Shown here: positions 47,645 to 57,064 of the stretch, piece by piece | Layout: each line of letters starts with the position of its first letter | How positions within the stretch are numbered: the first letter of the stretch is position 1 | Source of the DNA: Candidatus Bipolaricaulota bacterium | GTDB lineage: Bacteria; Bipolaricaulota; Bipolaricaulia; UBA7950; UBA9294 | Length of the DNA stretch: 64,000 nt | Direction: 5' to 3' | NCBI GenBank assembly: GCA_027007005.1 | Contig: JALTFO010000048.1 | Coordinates: 3,342 to 67,341 of the forward strand | Notes under the pieces: generated by a model | Database searches by the model: none | Seen by the model: only the letters and a program-made list of their open reading frames with translations | Told to the model about the DNA's origin: nothing | Made by a program: the position numbers and the translations under genes

Positions 47645-47675
47645 TAATGCTATAGCATTACAATCACATTGTCAA
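47645..47675 (-). promoter_or_regulatory. hsdM promoter with a perfect 16-bp palindrome over the -10
   Basis: TTGACA(47675-70)-N17-TAGCAT(47652-47); palindrome TAATGCTATAGCATTA at 47645-47660. Confidence 0.65.
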
Positions 47676-47782
47676 GCTCAATAATATCGTACGCCGCAAC
47701 TTCTCACGTTGCAATTCTTCCAGAGGCTCCCGTAGCGCCGTGCAACCAGAGATGGACGTACCTTCTTCGAGAGTCGCTGAGA

Positions 47783-49576
47783 TTAGGAAGTCTCCGATCC
47801 TTTCAACTCCGACAGCTCATCGATCATCCCCTGCAGGACGTCGAAGCCTCCCTGCCAGAATTCTGATGAGACGATGTCGATCCCGGCCTCGGCAAGGATC
47901 TCCTGCGGGCTCTTCGATCCGCCGTAGGCGAGGATCTTGAGGAACTTGGGGACGAACGTTTTTCCCTCTTTCTTGTAGCGCTTGTACAGCGCTAGCACGA
48001 GCAGCTGCCCGAAGCTGTATGCGTAGCAGTAGAAGGGAGTGCTGTAGATGTGGGGGATGGAGACCCACTCGTAGCGGAATTCGTCGCTTAGCTCTACGGC
48101 GTCACCGAACTGGTCATTCAGGTTTGCTAGGTATCTCTCAGAGAGAGCGTCGATCGTCGCTCCAGCCTTGATCAGTGCATGGGCCTCACGCTCGAACAGG
48201 ACGAAGTACGCTTGCCTGGCAACCGTGGCGTAGGTTCCATCGACGAAGCGGGCGAGCATCTCTCGCCTTAGCCCGGGCTCCGATTCGCTTTCAAGCTGAT
48301 GCTCAAGAAGGAGGATCTCGGAGAAGACGGACGCTGTCTCCGCCAGGGGAAGGGAGGAATGGAACGTAAGCGGCGAGTGATCTGCGGCCATGAGGGCGTG
48401 CACGGCGTGCCCCAGCTCGTGGGCGAGTGTAGAGACGTCGTCGATCTTGCCGTTGTAGCTCGTCAGCACCCACGGAGTGAGCCCAGGCAGGACGCCGTAG
48501 CAGAAGGCACCGCCGTACTTGCCGGTGCGGACCTCAGAGTCGAGATGCCCCTCGTTGAGGACTCGCTTAGCGTGCGAAGCCAGAGTCGGCGAGAATGCGT
48601 TCAAGCTTGAAAAGACGGTGCTTATCGCCTCATTGAACGGGTAAGTCTCTTCCGATGATCCAACCGGAGCGTAGATGTCGTAGCGCCGCAAATGATCCAT
48701 CCCAAGCCAGCCAGCCTTTAACCGAAAGTAGTCCTGGAACATGCTTACATTGTCGCGGCAGACATCAAGGAGGACATCGACCGCGGCGTCTGGAATGTCG
48801 TTTCTCAGGTTGCGCGAGGCGATCGGGGAGGAGAAGCCACGCAGATCGACCTGTTCATCAGCCCAGTCGCGCACGATGTGTTGATAAATCTGCCCGAGGA
48901 CTGTGCTGTTCTCACCGTAGACGCGGTACAGCTCTTTGTACGCGCGTTGACGCAGCTCTGGGCGTGAATCGCGAGCGTAGGTCATCAACTGCGAACGCGT
49001 GAGCGATTTCACCTCGCCATCGACCTCGATCTCAAAGGTGAAGCCGCTCGTCAGCATCTCATACAGGGTGACAAGCGCCTCCACTCCGTTTAGGTCCTTG
49101 ATGTTGATCACCTGCTCCACCTGCTCGGAGAGGGTGTAGGGTTTGTATCGACGCAGTGAGTTCAGGTAGTAGGAGAGATCCCCGCTTACGGCGATGAGAC
49201 GCTCTGCCGCTGTGTCGTCCAACCCCTTCCACCATAGCTCGAAGAAGAGAGTTCGATTATGCGCATCGGCAAGTACACTCTCTACGCGGCCACGGAAGGA
49301 GAGAGCGTCCTGATTGGCCGTATCCTCGGCAAACCAGAGTTGGCCATACGCTCCCAGGCGTCGCATGAGCGAACCAATGCGCTCGACGATAGCAAGGATT
49401 TCGCTGAAGTCATCGGTGCTGATATTCGGTGAGAGTATCGTTCGCTTACCCTCAAGATCGCTGAGCGCACTCTCAAGTTGATCCAGATACTCACTGCCGA
49501 TATCCTCGGGCCGATCAGCGCTTGGGATCAGGTCGGCAAGCGACCAGCGCCCCTGCTTGTAGACACGTTCGTTCAT
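47783..49576 (-). CDS. pepF: Oligoendopeptidase F (M3B)
   Basis: GKYGGAFC, HELGHAVH, AETASVFSE and IPHIY..PFYCYAY motifs. Confidence 0.9.
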   Translation of the reverse strand: MNERVYKQGRWSLADLIPSADRPEDIGSEYLDQLESALSDLEGKRTILSPNISTDDFSEILAIVERIGSLMRRLGAYGQLWFAEDTANQDALSFRGRVESVLADAHNRTLFFELWWKGLDDTAAERLIAVSGDLSYYLNSLRRYKPYTLSEQVEQVINIKDLNGVEALVTLYEMLTSGFTFEIEVDGEVKSLTRSQLMTYARDSRPELRQRAYKELYRVYGENSTVLGQIYQHIVRDWADEQVDLRGFSSPIASRNLRNDIPDAAVDVLLDVCRDNVSMFQDYFRLKAGWLGMDHLRRYDIYAPVGSSEETYPFNEAISTVFSSLNAFSPTLASHAKRVLNEGHLDSEVRTGKYGGAFCYGVLPGLTPWVLTSYNGKIDDVSTLAHELGHAVHALMAADHSPLTFHSSLPLAETASVFSEILLLEHQLESESEPGLRREMLARFVDGTYATVARQAYFVLFEREAHALIKAGATIDALSERYLANLNDQFGDAVELSDEFRYEWVSIPHIYSTPFYCYAYSFGQLLVLALYKRYKKEGKTFVPKFLKILAYGGSKSPQEILAEAGIDIVSSEFWQGGFDVLQGMIDELSELKGSETS

Positions 49577-49609
49577 CTCATTCCTCCTAAGTAGCGTCCG
49601 TGACACCTA

Positions 49610-50200
49610 TTATGCTGAACTAACACCGCTACCGGCAAGTCCGATCTCCGAGGCCACCTCGCGCATCCCCATGATTACGTCTTCAAACAGGTCTTTGAGT
49701 TCCATTCCGAGCATCCGGGCCCCGTTTGCGATCACCTCGCGGTCCACACCGGCGGCGAAGCTCTTATCCTTCCACTTCTTAGTGACCGACTTCACCTTCA
49801 TGTCGAGGACACTCTTTGACGGGCGCACCAGGGCGACGGCAGTGACTAAGCCGGTCAATTCGTCGATCGTGTATAGAACCTTCTCCATCTCCAATTGCGG
49901 TTCGACGTCGGTGACGAGGCCCCACCCGTGCGACATAATTGCGCGGATGTAGTCCTCTGGCCAGCCACGCTCCTCCAGGATCTCCCTTGTCTTCTTGCAA
50001 TGCTGCTCTGGGTAGCGCTCGTAATCTAGATCGTGCACAAGGCCGATGATCCCCCATTTCTCCTCATCCTCACCGCGCTTACGCGCCATGTAGCGCATCA
50101 CCCCTTCGACGGAGAGGCCGTGTTTGATCAGGCTCTCACTCTTATTGAACTCCTTGAGAAGCGCCAGTGCTTCTTCGCGTGTCGGTATGTGTGTTTCCAT
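49610..50200 (-). CDS. HD(IG)-domain hydrolase
   Basis: H..VE, LVHDLDYE, DELTG and FAAGVDR motifs. Confidence 0.8.
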   Translation of the reverse strand: METHIPTREEALALLKEFNKSESLIKHGLSVEGVMRYMARKRGEDEEKWGIIGLVHDLDYERYPEQHCKKTREILEERGWPEDYIRAIMSHGWGLVTDVEPQLEMEKVLYTIDELTGLVTAVALVRPSKSVLDMKVKSVTKKWKDKSFAAGVDREVIANGARMLGMELKDLFEDVIMGMREVASEIGLAGSGVSSA

Positions 50201-50376
50201 CTTACCTCCTTGTCATTGGTGTCAATCATGACTGTATTACGCAATTGGCTCGATTTCCAGTGACGGATGAATGACTGAGCGCGCCAACATACGGACACAC
50301 TCCTGCTGCAAAGCAAGTGTAATTCTTACAAGCGATTGAGTATATTAAAAGCAGACTCTAGCCAGAAAGGACTCTT

Positions 50377-51156
50377 GTGCATTTCGAGATTGGTACATTC
50401 TTAATCCTGTTCTTCAGCGCAATTGCCATCGGCGGCTTTGCCAGCCTCCTCGGCGTAGGGGGAGGGATTTTCATGGTCCCACTCCTCCTTCTAGGCCGGT
50501 TCGTCCCCACGATGCATCAAGCTGCCGGGACAAGTATCGCCGGAGTCGTGTTCACCAGTCTGTCCGGGACGATCGTCTATTGGTTACGCCGCGCGATCAA
50601 CTTTCGCATTGGGCTTCTTCTCATGCCGCTCGCGATCCTCGGCGCGTGGACCGGCGCGTGGCTCAGCGGGCTGATCGATGCGCGCTGGCTGGAGGTAGGG
50701 TTTGCAGCGCTCCTGCTCTATCCAGCAGGGATGATGCTTCTCGGTAAACAACCCAAGGAGATACCACTTTCTTTGCAGGGCAATGTACGCGGAACTCGCT
50801 TCTACGCCACAACAGCGATCGTTGGGATCATCGCGGGTGCGGCATCCGGAATGTTCGGTATCGGTGGAGGGACGGTGATGGTCCCAGCATTGGCCGTCTT
50901 CCTTGGCCTCGACATCGTCACCGCAGTGGCAACAAGCCTGTTTGTAATGATTCCATCGGCGATGATCGGTTCCTATCAACACTGGGTTCAAGGCGACCTC
51001 CGCCTGGAACTTGCGATTCCACTCATCTTAGGATTGATAATTGGAGCACAGCTTGGACCGCGCTTGGGCTCGCGCGTTCCCAAACGCCGACTGCGCCAAC
51101 TATTCGGAATCGTTCTCGTGTACGCCGTAGTCAACATGATCCTCAAGGCGACGTGA
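50377..51156 (+). CDS. TauE/SafE-family (sulfite exporter-like) membrane protein
   Basis: Two GxGGG..VP repeats; multi-TM. Confidence 0.85.
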   Translation: MHFEIGTFLILFFSAIAIGGFASLLGVGGGIFMVPLLLLGRFVPTMHQAAGTSIAGVVFTSLSGTIVYWLRRAINFRIGLLLMPLAILGAWTGAWLSGLIDARWLEVGFAALLLYPAGMMLLGKQPKEIPLSLQGNVRGTRFYATTAIVGIIAGAASGMFGIGGGTVMVPALAVFLGLDIVTAVATSLFVMIPSAMIGSYQHWVQGDLRLELAIPLILGLIIGAQLGPRLGSRVPKRRLRQLFGIVLVYAVVNMILKAT

Positions 51157-51251
51157 CGCAGATCTTGCTGGGCCGGGCCGGTTCCTCTATCATGATTTGA
51201 CGATCGTGTTCCTATGGGAAAGTACTTTGTAGATTGAGGGAGGATTACCAC

Positions 51252-51818
51252 ATGCGGCATAAAGACGTTCATGGCGTAGAGCGTGTTACCTTGTGGCAGA
51301 TCTTCTTCGTTTTCTTTAAGATAGGGCTTCTCACCTTTGGCGGCGGGTTCGCCATGCTTCCTGTCTTAAATTATGAGCTTTATACCAAACGAAAATGGAT
51401 CGATCAAGAAACGCTGACCGATATCGTGTCCCTCGCGACAGTCTTTCCAGGTGCAATTGCCGTAAATTCAGCATTTCTGCAAGGTCTGCGCATGCGCGGT
51501 GTTCTCGGTGTAATAGTTGCCGTGACTGGGATTGTAACCCCATCGATCATTGTCATCTTGCTCATCGGTATTTTCCTTTTTCGGTTCACAAGCGTGCATA
51601 TTGTTCAAGCGTTTTTTAAGGGTGCGGGAGCAGCGATCACCGGACAGATCGCCTACGCGGTGTACGTGTTTGGCCGAGGCACGACGCTTAACCTGCGTAC
51701 GATTGGACTAACACTAGGTATCCTCGCAATCTTGTTTGCATTCAAGATTCATCCAATTGTGGCAATTCTCATCTCTGGAACGGTGGGTATGTTCATCGTT
51801 CCAAAGAGGAAATCATGA
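51252..51818 (+). CDS. chrA: Short-chain chromate transporter, first half
   Basis: FFKIGLLTFGGG and PGAIAVN motifs. Confidence 0.8.
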   Translation: MRHKDVHGVERVTLWQIFFVFFKIGLLTFGGGFAMLPVLNYELYTKRKWIDQETLTDIVSLATVFPGAIAVNSAFLQGLRMRGVLGVIVAVTGIVTPSIIVILLIGIFLFRFTSVHIVQAFFKGAGAAITGQIAYAVYVFGRGTTLNLRTIGLTLGILAILFAFKIHPIVAILISGTVGMFIVPKRKS

Positions 51819-52348
51819 TAGGAATTCTGCTTGAGATCTATGCAAGTTTCTTTCTGATAGGAATAAGTGCCTACGGCGGTGGGATTGCCACGATTGCACT
51901 TATACAGTACGAGATTGTATTTGCTCATGGCTGGCTAACTGCTGCACAGATGCGCGACGTGATCACCTTAGCCCAGATGACGCCGGGATCGATCGCGATT
52001 AACTCTGCTACATTGACTGGTTACAAGATTGGCGGGATAAGTGGCGCGCTTGTCGCGTCGCTTGCTGTGATTACACCAGGCATTCTGCTGCTGACTGCGT
52101 ACACACTCGCTGTCTCACATCTGAGGTCAAGGGATGGCCTTAACCGTGTGAAATTGGCTCTCCAGCCTGGAATACTTGCCCTTATTATCTTTGCAGTATA
52201 CACTTTTGGCTCAATCTCCATCGATGGGGTCATCACCGGAGGGATCGCTGCAGCCGCATTCTTTGGCATCCTGTTTGCTGGCCGAAGGGTGCACCCGGTG
52301 CTTATCATTCTTGCTGCTGGGCTACTTGGGATAGCTATATTCCGCTGA
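51815..52348 (+). CDS. chrA: Short-chain chromate transporter, second half
   Basis: AYGGG and QMTPGSIAINSAT motifs. Confidence 0.8.
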   Translation: MIGILLEIYASFFLIGISAYGGGIATIALIQYEIVFAHGWLTAAQMRDVITLAQMTPGSIAINSATLTGYKIGGISGALVASLAVITPGILLLTAYTLAVSHLRSRDGLNRVKLALQPGILALIIFAVYTFGSISIDGVITGGIAAAAFFGILFAGRRVHPVLIILAAGLLGIAIFR

Positions 52349-52398
52349 TTTAGACACACGTTGACCTCTCGAACCTAACGGAGGATAATCAACTGGCA

Positions 52399-52899
52399 AT
52401 GCAACTAACGATTCTTACCACCGGCGGCACGATTGAGAAGACGTACAACGAGCGTGATGGCTCGCTTAGAAACTACCACACTATCCTCCCCGAGATGCTC
52501 ACCGGGCTGCGCCTGCCCGATATCAACGTCAGCTATGAGCAAGTCGTGTTCAAGGATTCACTTGAGATGACAGAAGATGATCGTCAGCGGATCCTTGCCG
52601 CAACCAAGCGAGCGATTCCTCAATCGGATGCGATCATCATCCTGCACGGCACGGACACGATGTCCGAGACAGGTGAACTCCTGAATAAGGAGCTGGGCGA
52701 TCTGCGTATCCCGGTGATCCTGACCGGGGCGATGCGGCCGTACGAGTTTCGTGACACGGACGCCCTGCAGAACGTGACCGAATCGCTCCTTGCAGCGAGG
52801 CTTGTCTCCCCCGGTGTGTACGTGGTGATGCACAACCGCGTCCTGCGCTTCCCAGGAGTGGTCAAGGATCGTGAGAACCTCACGTTTGCCAAGGCGTGA
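52399..52899 (+). CDS. Short asparaginase (N-terminal domain only)
   Basis: TTGGTIEK, HGTDTM and TGAMRP motifs. Confidence 0.85.
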   Translation: MQLTILTTGGTIEKTYNERDGSLRNYHTILPEMLTGLRLPDINVSYEQVVFKDSLEMTEDDRQRILAATKRAIPQSDAIIILHGTDTMSETGELLNKELGDLRIPVILTGAMRPYEFRDTDALQNVTESLLAARLVSPGVYVVMHNRVLRFPGVVKDRENLTFAKA

Positions 52900-53049
52900 T
52901 CTTTCGTCCCGACGTTTTAGGTAGACTCATTGGGTAACGCTTTCTACTGCTAAGTGAAAATAACTGATAGGTCCGACGATCGAATGGTCAGCATGCTAAG
53001 GTATACAATGAGTTGCGCAATCGCTCACTTAATTAGATGTATTGTACTC

Positions 53050-53301
53050 TCAGGCGTGATTCCACGAATCGAGGATCTTCGCCTTTTCGTTTTCTCCTAT
53101 ATCATGTCCGTAGATACGGCAGAACATCTGTTTTCGTAGCTCATAAGGATCCATCAGATCGTGCCCTTCCTTGATCCCAGCACAAACTAGAGCTTTCGCG
53201 GTGGCGAACATCCCGCAGGCCATAGTCAGACGATCTTGTGGTGATCTTGCCATGATCATCTTCCGAAAACGATCTTCGATATCTATAGGTTTATCGTTCA
53301 T
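53050..53301 (-). CDS. Small helical protein coupled to upstream nucleotidyltransferase
   Basis: 83 aa; ATG overlaps the NTase stop (ATGA). Confidence 0.6.
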   Translation of the reverse strand: MNDKPIDIEDRFRKMIMARSPQDRLTMACGMFATAKALVCAGIKEGHDLMDPYELRKQMFCRIYGHDIGENEKAKILDSWNHA

Positions 53302-53846
53302 TGCTTCTTCGCCTGATCGAGCAAGAGGGACACCCTCAGTCTCCGCGCCCACACCTTCAGGTAGTTCCAATCAAGATCTGTGACCACTTCTATAAGCACT
53401 TGGACATCCCTCTGCTGGAGCGGCGAACTTGAGTCCTTAGACCACTCAAGCTTGGACAGAATGAGGTCTTCCGGCGCAACAACCCAGATTGGAGTGTCGT
53501 CGACCTCAAAGCGTTTCCTTCGCTTAAACTCCAGCTTCCTATACTCTTCATCCCCGCGCACTATGAAGTCAGCCTTGACCATCCATTCGTTGTGAATGAT
53601 GTTAAACATGGATCGTCTGATAACTGCGCTTCGGATGCTGTCCTCATTTACATAGCAATCAGCCTCAAAGAGCCGCGCAATCTTTGCTGAATCCTCCAGG
53701 TGATACTCGATAACCAAGTCTATATCTCGCGTCATGCGTGGTACTGCGTAGATTGCCATCGCCATCGAACCGGTCAGCATATACCGAATATTGGCTGCAT
53801 CCAGTCGCTCTGCTATCTGCTTTACGAACTCCAGTTGTTCGTTCAT
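53298..53846 (-). CDS. Pol-beta-like nucleotidyltransferase (DUF6036/AbiEii-like)
   Basis: YMLTGSMA...PRMTRDIDL, KADF and PEDLILSKL motifs. Confidence 0.75.
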   Translation of the reverse strand: MNEQLEFVKQIAERLDAANIRYMLTGSMAMAIYAVPRMTRDIDLVIEYHLEDSAKIARLFEADCYVNEDSIRSAVIRRSMFNIIHNEWMVKADFIVRGDEEYRKLEFKRRKRFEVDDTPIWVVAPEDLILSKLEWSKDSSSPLQQRDVQVLIEVVTDLDWNYLKVWARRLRVSLLLDQAKKQ

Positions 53847-53874
53847 CGCAGACCAAGTTTACCATCAATGACTC

Positions 53875-54023
53875 ATTGAACACACATTTGCAAGCGGACA
53901 GCCGGAATGTGCTTCACGGTCTCACGCCATAGTCGATACTGGGGCGTGTTCAACGGAGAGGAACGTGCCATGATGCTCCAGCGTGTAGGGCGCTTCAGTC
54001 TCAATCATCGTTTCCTTCATCAT
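53875..54023 (-). pseudogene. YgiT-type zinc-finger (MqsA-like antitoxin) remnant
   Basis: MMKETMIETEAPYTLEHHGTFLSVEHAP, then a stop and frameshifted ETVKHIP. Confidence 0.4.
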
Positions 54024-54045
54024 GGCCCCTTGTCAATCTGTCCAT

Positions 54046-54122
54046 GCCCGACGTCAGTCCTCAGATGCTTCGACGACCCGTTCGGCGTAGATTCCGAAGC
54101 CGTCTGCAGGACATTGTTGGGT
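54046..54122 (-). mobile_element. Integron attC-like recombination site
   Basis: R'' ACCCAAC ... R' GTCGGGC; arms GTCCT(G)CAGA / TCTGAGGAC with one extrahelical base; inner GCTTCG/CGAAGC; 77 bp, at the end of the GNAT gene. Confidence 0.65.
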
Positions 54123-54755
54123 GCTAAGGCGGTAGCCCAAGCCTTCGGGGTGAACGGCCAATCGAGCTTCTGGCATACCTCACGCCACAGGCCAATTGCA
54201 TCGCCGCTCTCTAAGTATTGGGAGGAAGCCAAGTTTCAGGTAGGTCTTGATCGCGGGTAACCGGTAGTACTCCGTGCGCAGGCCGATCTTCCGGTATCCT
54301 GCTTCGATGAAACGGCTTGTCACCGCGGCGGACAATGCAAGTCCTAGCCCTCTCCCCGTATGCGCAGGATCACAGGCCAGCCATCCAAGATCGCCCCAGA
54401 ACGGTAGGCTCCTGGTGTGATTTTGCAAACACATCGCCGTCCCGACACGGTTTTAGACTGTTCCTCCACTGCCATGAACCATCCGTTGGGAATGATACGG
54501 GAGATAGTAATCAAGCCTCTTGGCATCCCATCCGGGCCAACCGGCTAAACGCATCACTTCATAGAAACGTTGCTCATCGCCCGGCTTGTAATTACGGATC
54601 TCGTATCCGCCAGGAATCTCTACTTCAGGAGGTTGGCTGATCAGTTGCTGGGGCCATACCATTCGGAGCTGAGGTTTCTCGATATCGTGCACTGTAATAC
54701 CTGCTAGTAACTGTTCACTCTCCTGACAGCATAAATTAGACACAAAAGAGGCCAT
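54123..54755 (-). pseudogene. Multiply frameshifted GNAT acetyltransferase
   Basis: Fragments GYEIRNYKPGDE / GWFMAVE / LGWLACDPAHTGRGLG...AIKTYLKLGF / WREVCQKL lie in different frames. Confidence 0.7.
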
Positions 54756-54774
54756 ACCGCCAAGCGGTGCGCTA

Positions 54775-55245
54775 TTACTCGTTTTTCGCATCAAGTTGTT
54801 CTGCTTCTTTGAGTTTCTCGACATCTATTTTGTCCTGCGGCCTTCCGCTAGCTTCCTTTGCCCTGATCAGGTCAGATCGAGAGATGAACGAAATCTTCAG
54901 ATCATCCAATTTCACCACCTCACGCTTTTCCCATGCCTCTTCAAACTTGACTCCTGAAATCGACATCATGATGTCAATGCGTAAGGGAGGCCTTCCCATT
55001 TGATAGAAGTAGGCCTGATGGGTGAAGTCATCCGCGGTAAGATTTGCCAGCGGCGCACCAAATTCCTTCAATGCTGCGTATACAGCGTCTGCGTTTTCTG
55101 GGTCAGTGGCTATCCAGACATCAAGATCCTTAGTGAATCGCGGCTCACTGTACTTCATTACCGCATAGCCACCTACAATGAGATAGCGAATTCTATGTTT
55201 TTCGAAAAGACTCAACAGTTCTTTGAAGTCGGAACTCGTCAGCAT
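54775..55245 (-). CDS. Pol-beta-like nucleotidyltransferase (DUF6036-like)
   Basis: YLIVGGYAV..PRFTKDLD, RIDI and LIRAKEASGRPQDKID motifs. Confidence 0.78.
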   Translation of the reverse strand: MLTSSDFKELLSLFEKHRIRYLIVGGYAVMKYSEPRFTKDLDVWIATDPENADAVYAALKEFGAPLANLTADDFTHQAYFYQMGRPPLRIDIMMSISGVKFEEAWEKREVVKLDDLKISFISRSDLIRAKEASGRPQDKIDVEKLKEAEQLDAKNE

Positions 55246-55390
55246 CTTTACCTCGAATTAAGAAGTAGTCATGCAGCATCTCCAGCACTGCTTCAAAAAT
55301 GGCGCGATCGCCCTGAGATTGCCAGAAGCAAATGTCAAATGAGCGCCGATCATCGGCAATGCGCTGGTAGTTCTCTTCGATTAATCTCAT
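55193..55390 (-). CDS. Small protein overlapping downstream NTase (putative partner/antitoxin)
   Basis: 65 aa; RBS GGAG; overlaps the NTase start. Confidence 0.55.
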   Translation of the reverse strand: MRLIEENYQRIADDRRSFDICFWQSQGDRAIFEAVLEMLHDYFLIRGKDADEFRLQRTVESFRKT

Positions 55391-55479
55391 CTTTTTCTCC
55401 CGTCCAGCGGCACATGCTGATCAAGCCTCTGACTGCACGTGGCTATTGCCTCGCATGCACCCGTATTTTTCTTGTCTTT

Positions 55480-55795
55480 CACGCGATCCTTTCCCTCCTT
55501 TAGATTGTACCGCACTGGCCAGGCTCATCCAAAATGCCTCCGATAGCCCGAAATATAACGACAGTCACAGAGCCGTGTCGGAGCTGATCGTCCGCGCGCC
55601 ACGCACAATTCAGTTGATCCGCTGCGCCGGGACACTGATGTTCTTTGCCAAGCGGTATTGGTTGATCCCTATCGCCTTAAGGAACTCATCCAAGAGTATC
55701 TTGCCAGGATGAATCGACGTTAGCTCTTGCTCAGTTGTTTTTTGCTCTCGATAGTCCGCCATCTCCACCTGGTAGGCATTTCTCACTTCGCCACG
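55480..55795 (-). pseudogene. higBA toxin-antitoxin relic
   Basis: HigB-like C-terminus NAYQVEMADY runs into IHPGKILLDEFL...QYRLAKNISVPAQRIN*IVRGARTISSDTAL*LSLYFGLSEAFWM; stops at 55610 and 55565. Confidence 0.75.
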
Positions 55796-55831
55796 CATTT
55801 GCCATCTATCATCGGGACGGACTATTGGGAT

Positions 55832-57064
55832 CTAGTGGATCTCCTGATCCTCGAAGTGCATCAGCGCGGGGAATAGAAGACCGGCCACAGCAAGGAGGAT
55901 GCAGACGATGCCACCGATCCGGTACCAGAACTGGACCCCCAGCAGGTCGCTGATGGGACCGGCCATGGCCAATCCAATCGGCGTTGTCAGCGTGAGCAGA
56001 CTGCCGAGTGACGCCATGACACGCCCCTGCATGTGTGAGGGTATTCTAGCCTGTAAGATTGCAGTGTAAGGAGCATTGGCAATAGCCATCATCCCCCCCA
56101 GCAGCGCAGCTCCAACGAGCGCCATCCAGAAGCGCTCAGTCGAGGAAAACCCCACGATTACTGCACCGAGGCCCATTCCGCCGAAACCCAACAAAATCGT
56201 CAGAATACGCCGTTTGAAACCGCCCCATACGCTGACCAGAAAGCCTCCTCCAATGGTGCCAGCCCCGATGAGCGCCTGATACAAGGCAAGGCTTGATGCG
56301 TCACGCCCGAAGTTCTTGAGGATCAGCACCGGAGTTAACGAAAACGCCGGCATCATCATGATCTTCATCACTAACACCAACCCGACGAGGGCAAGAAGCC
56401 CGGGCCAGTGGAGGATGAACCGGAGCCCCTCACGTGTGTTGGAAAGAACTGATGCTGCGCGAATGGCATGGACATGCTCTGGCGGTGGTTGCGGAATCGA
56501 CAGGAAGAAGAGGGGGACGATGGCGAAAAGGGCGGTGATCACGTCGATCATCATCACCCCAGATAGCGGCAGAAGGGCGAGGGAAAGCGCCCCGAGCGGC
56601 GGGGCGGATACCGATAGGACACCGGAAATCGTTTGGTTGAGCCCCTCCATTCGCGTGTAGTGCTTACTTGGTACCATCAATGTAGTCGATGCGCGAAAGG
56701 CCGGGCTTTGAAATGCCCCGCCTGCTGAACGAGCCAACATCACAACGTAGACGTGCCACACCTGCATCGTTCCCGTCCAGAACAGATACGCGAGCCACAG
56801 GGATACCAGGGCGACAAACGAGTCGGAGATCATCATGATCTTTTGACGATTCCACCGATCGACAAGGGCACCGATCACAGGGCCCAAGAGAATCCTGGGT
56901 AGTAACGCGACCATCGTTGCCGTCGCCAAAACCGTTGCTGATCCCGTCTTCTCGGTGACCCACCAGACGAGAGCGAACTGTGCAATGCGGCTGCCGATCA
57001 GCGAAAGCTGTTGTCCAGTCCAGACCGTGAAGAACCGTGTCTTCCACGCCTGCGTCTCGTTCAT
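55832..57064 (-). CDS. MFS transporter (DHA3/MefA-like)
   Basis: WTGQQLSLIGS, GALVDRWNRQKIM and MQGRV motifs; multi-TM. Confidence 0.88.
   Translation of the reverse strand: MNETQAWKTRFFTVWTGQQLSLIGSRIAQFALVWWVTEKTGSATVLATATMVALLPRILLGPVIGALVDRWNRQKIMMISDSFVALVSLWLAYLFWTGTMQVWHVYVVMLARSAGGAFQSPAFRASTTLMVPSKHYTRMEGLNQTISGVLSVSAPPLGALSLALLPLSGVMMIDVITALFAIVPLFFLSIPQPPPEHVHAIRAASVLSNTREGLRFILHWPGLLALVGLVLVMKIMMMPAFSLTPVLILKNFGRDASSLALYQALIGAGTIGGGFLVSVWGGFKRRILTILLGFGGMGLGAVIVGFSSTERFWMALVGAALLGGMMAIANAPYTAILQARIPSHMQGRVMASLGSLLTLTTPIGLAMAGPISDLLGVQFWYRIGGIVCILLAVAGLLFPALMHFEDQEIH

Noticed and set aside
37801-47791. GACTAGGAAGT (37801) and GATTAGGAAGT (47781) flank the defence island like a target-site duplication
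   Set aside because: Only 11 bp with a mismatch, both overlap stop codons, and no integrase or tRNA is nearby; chance is plausible.
50201-50376. Possible riboswitch in the divergent HD-protein/TauE intergenic region
   Set aside because: Only short 4-bp pairings and no recognisable aptamer consensus.
52921-53035. Short inverted repeats (TAAGTGA/TCACTTA, ACTCATTG/CAATGAGT) as another attC
   Set aside because: The repeats are not nested and lack proper R boxes.
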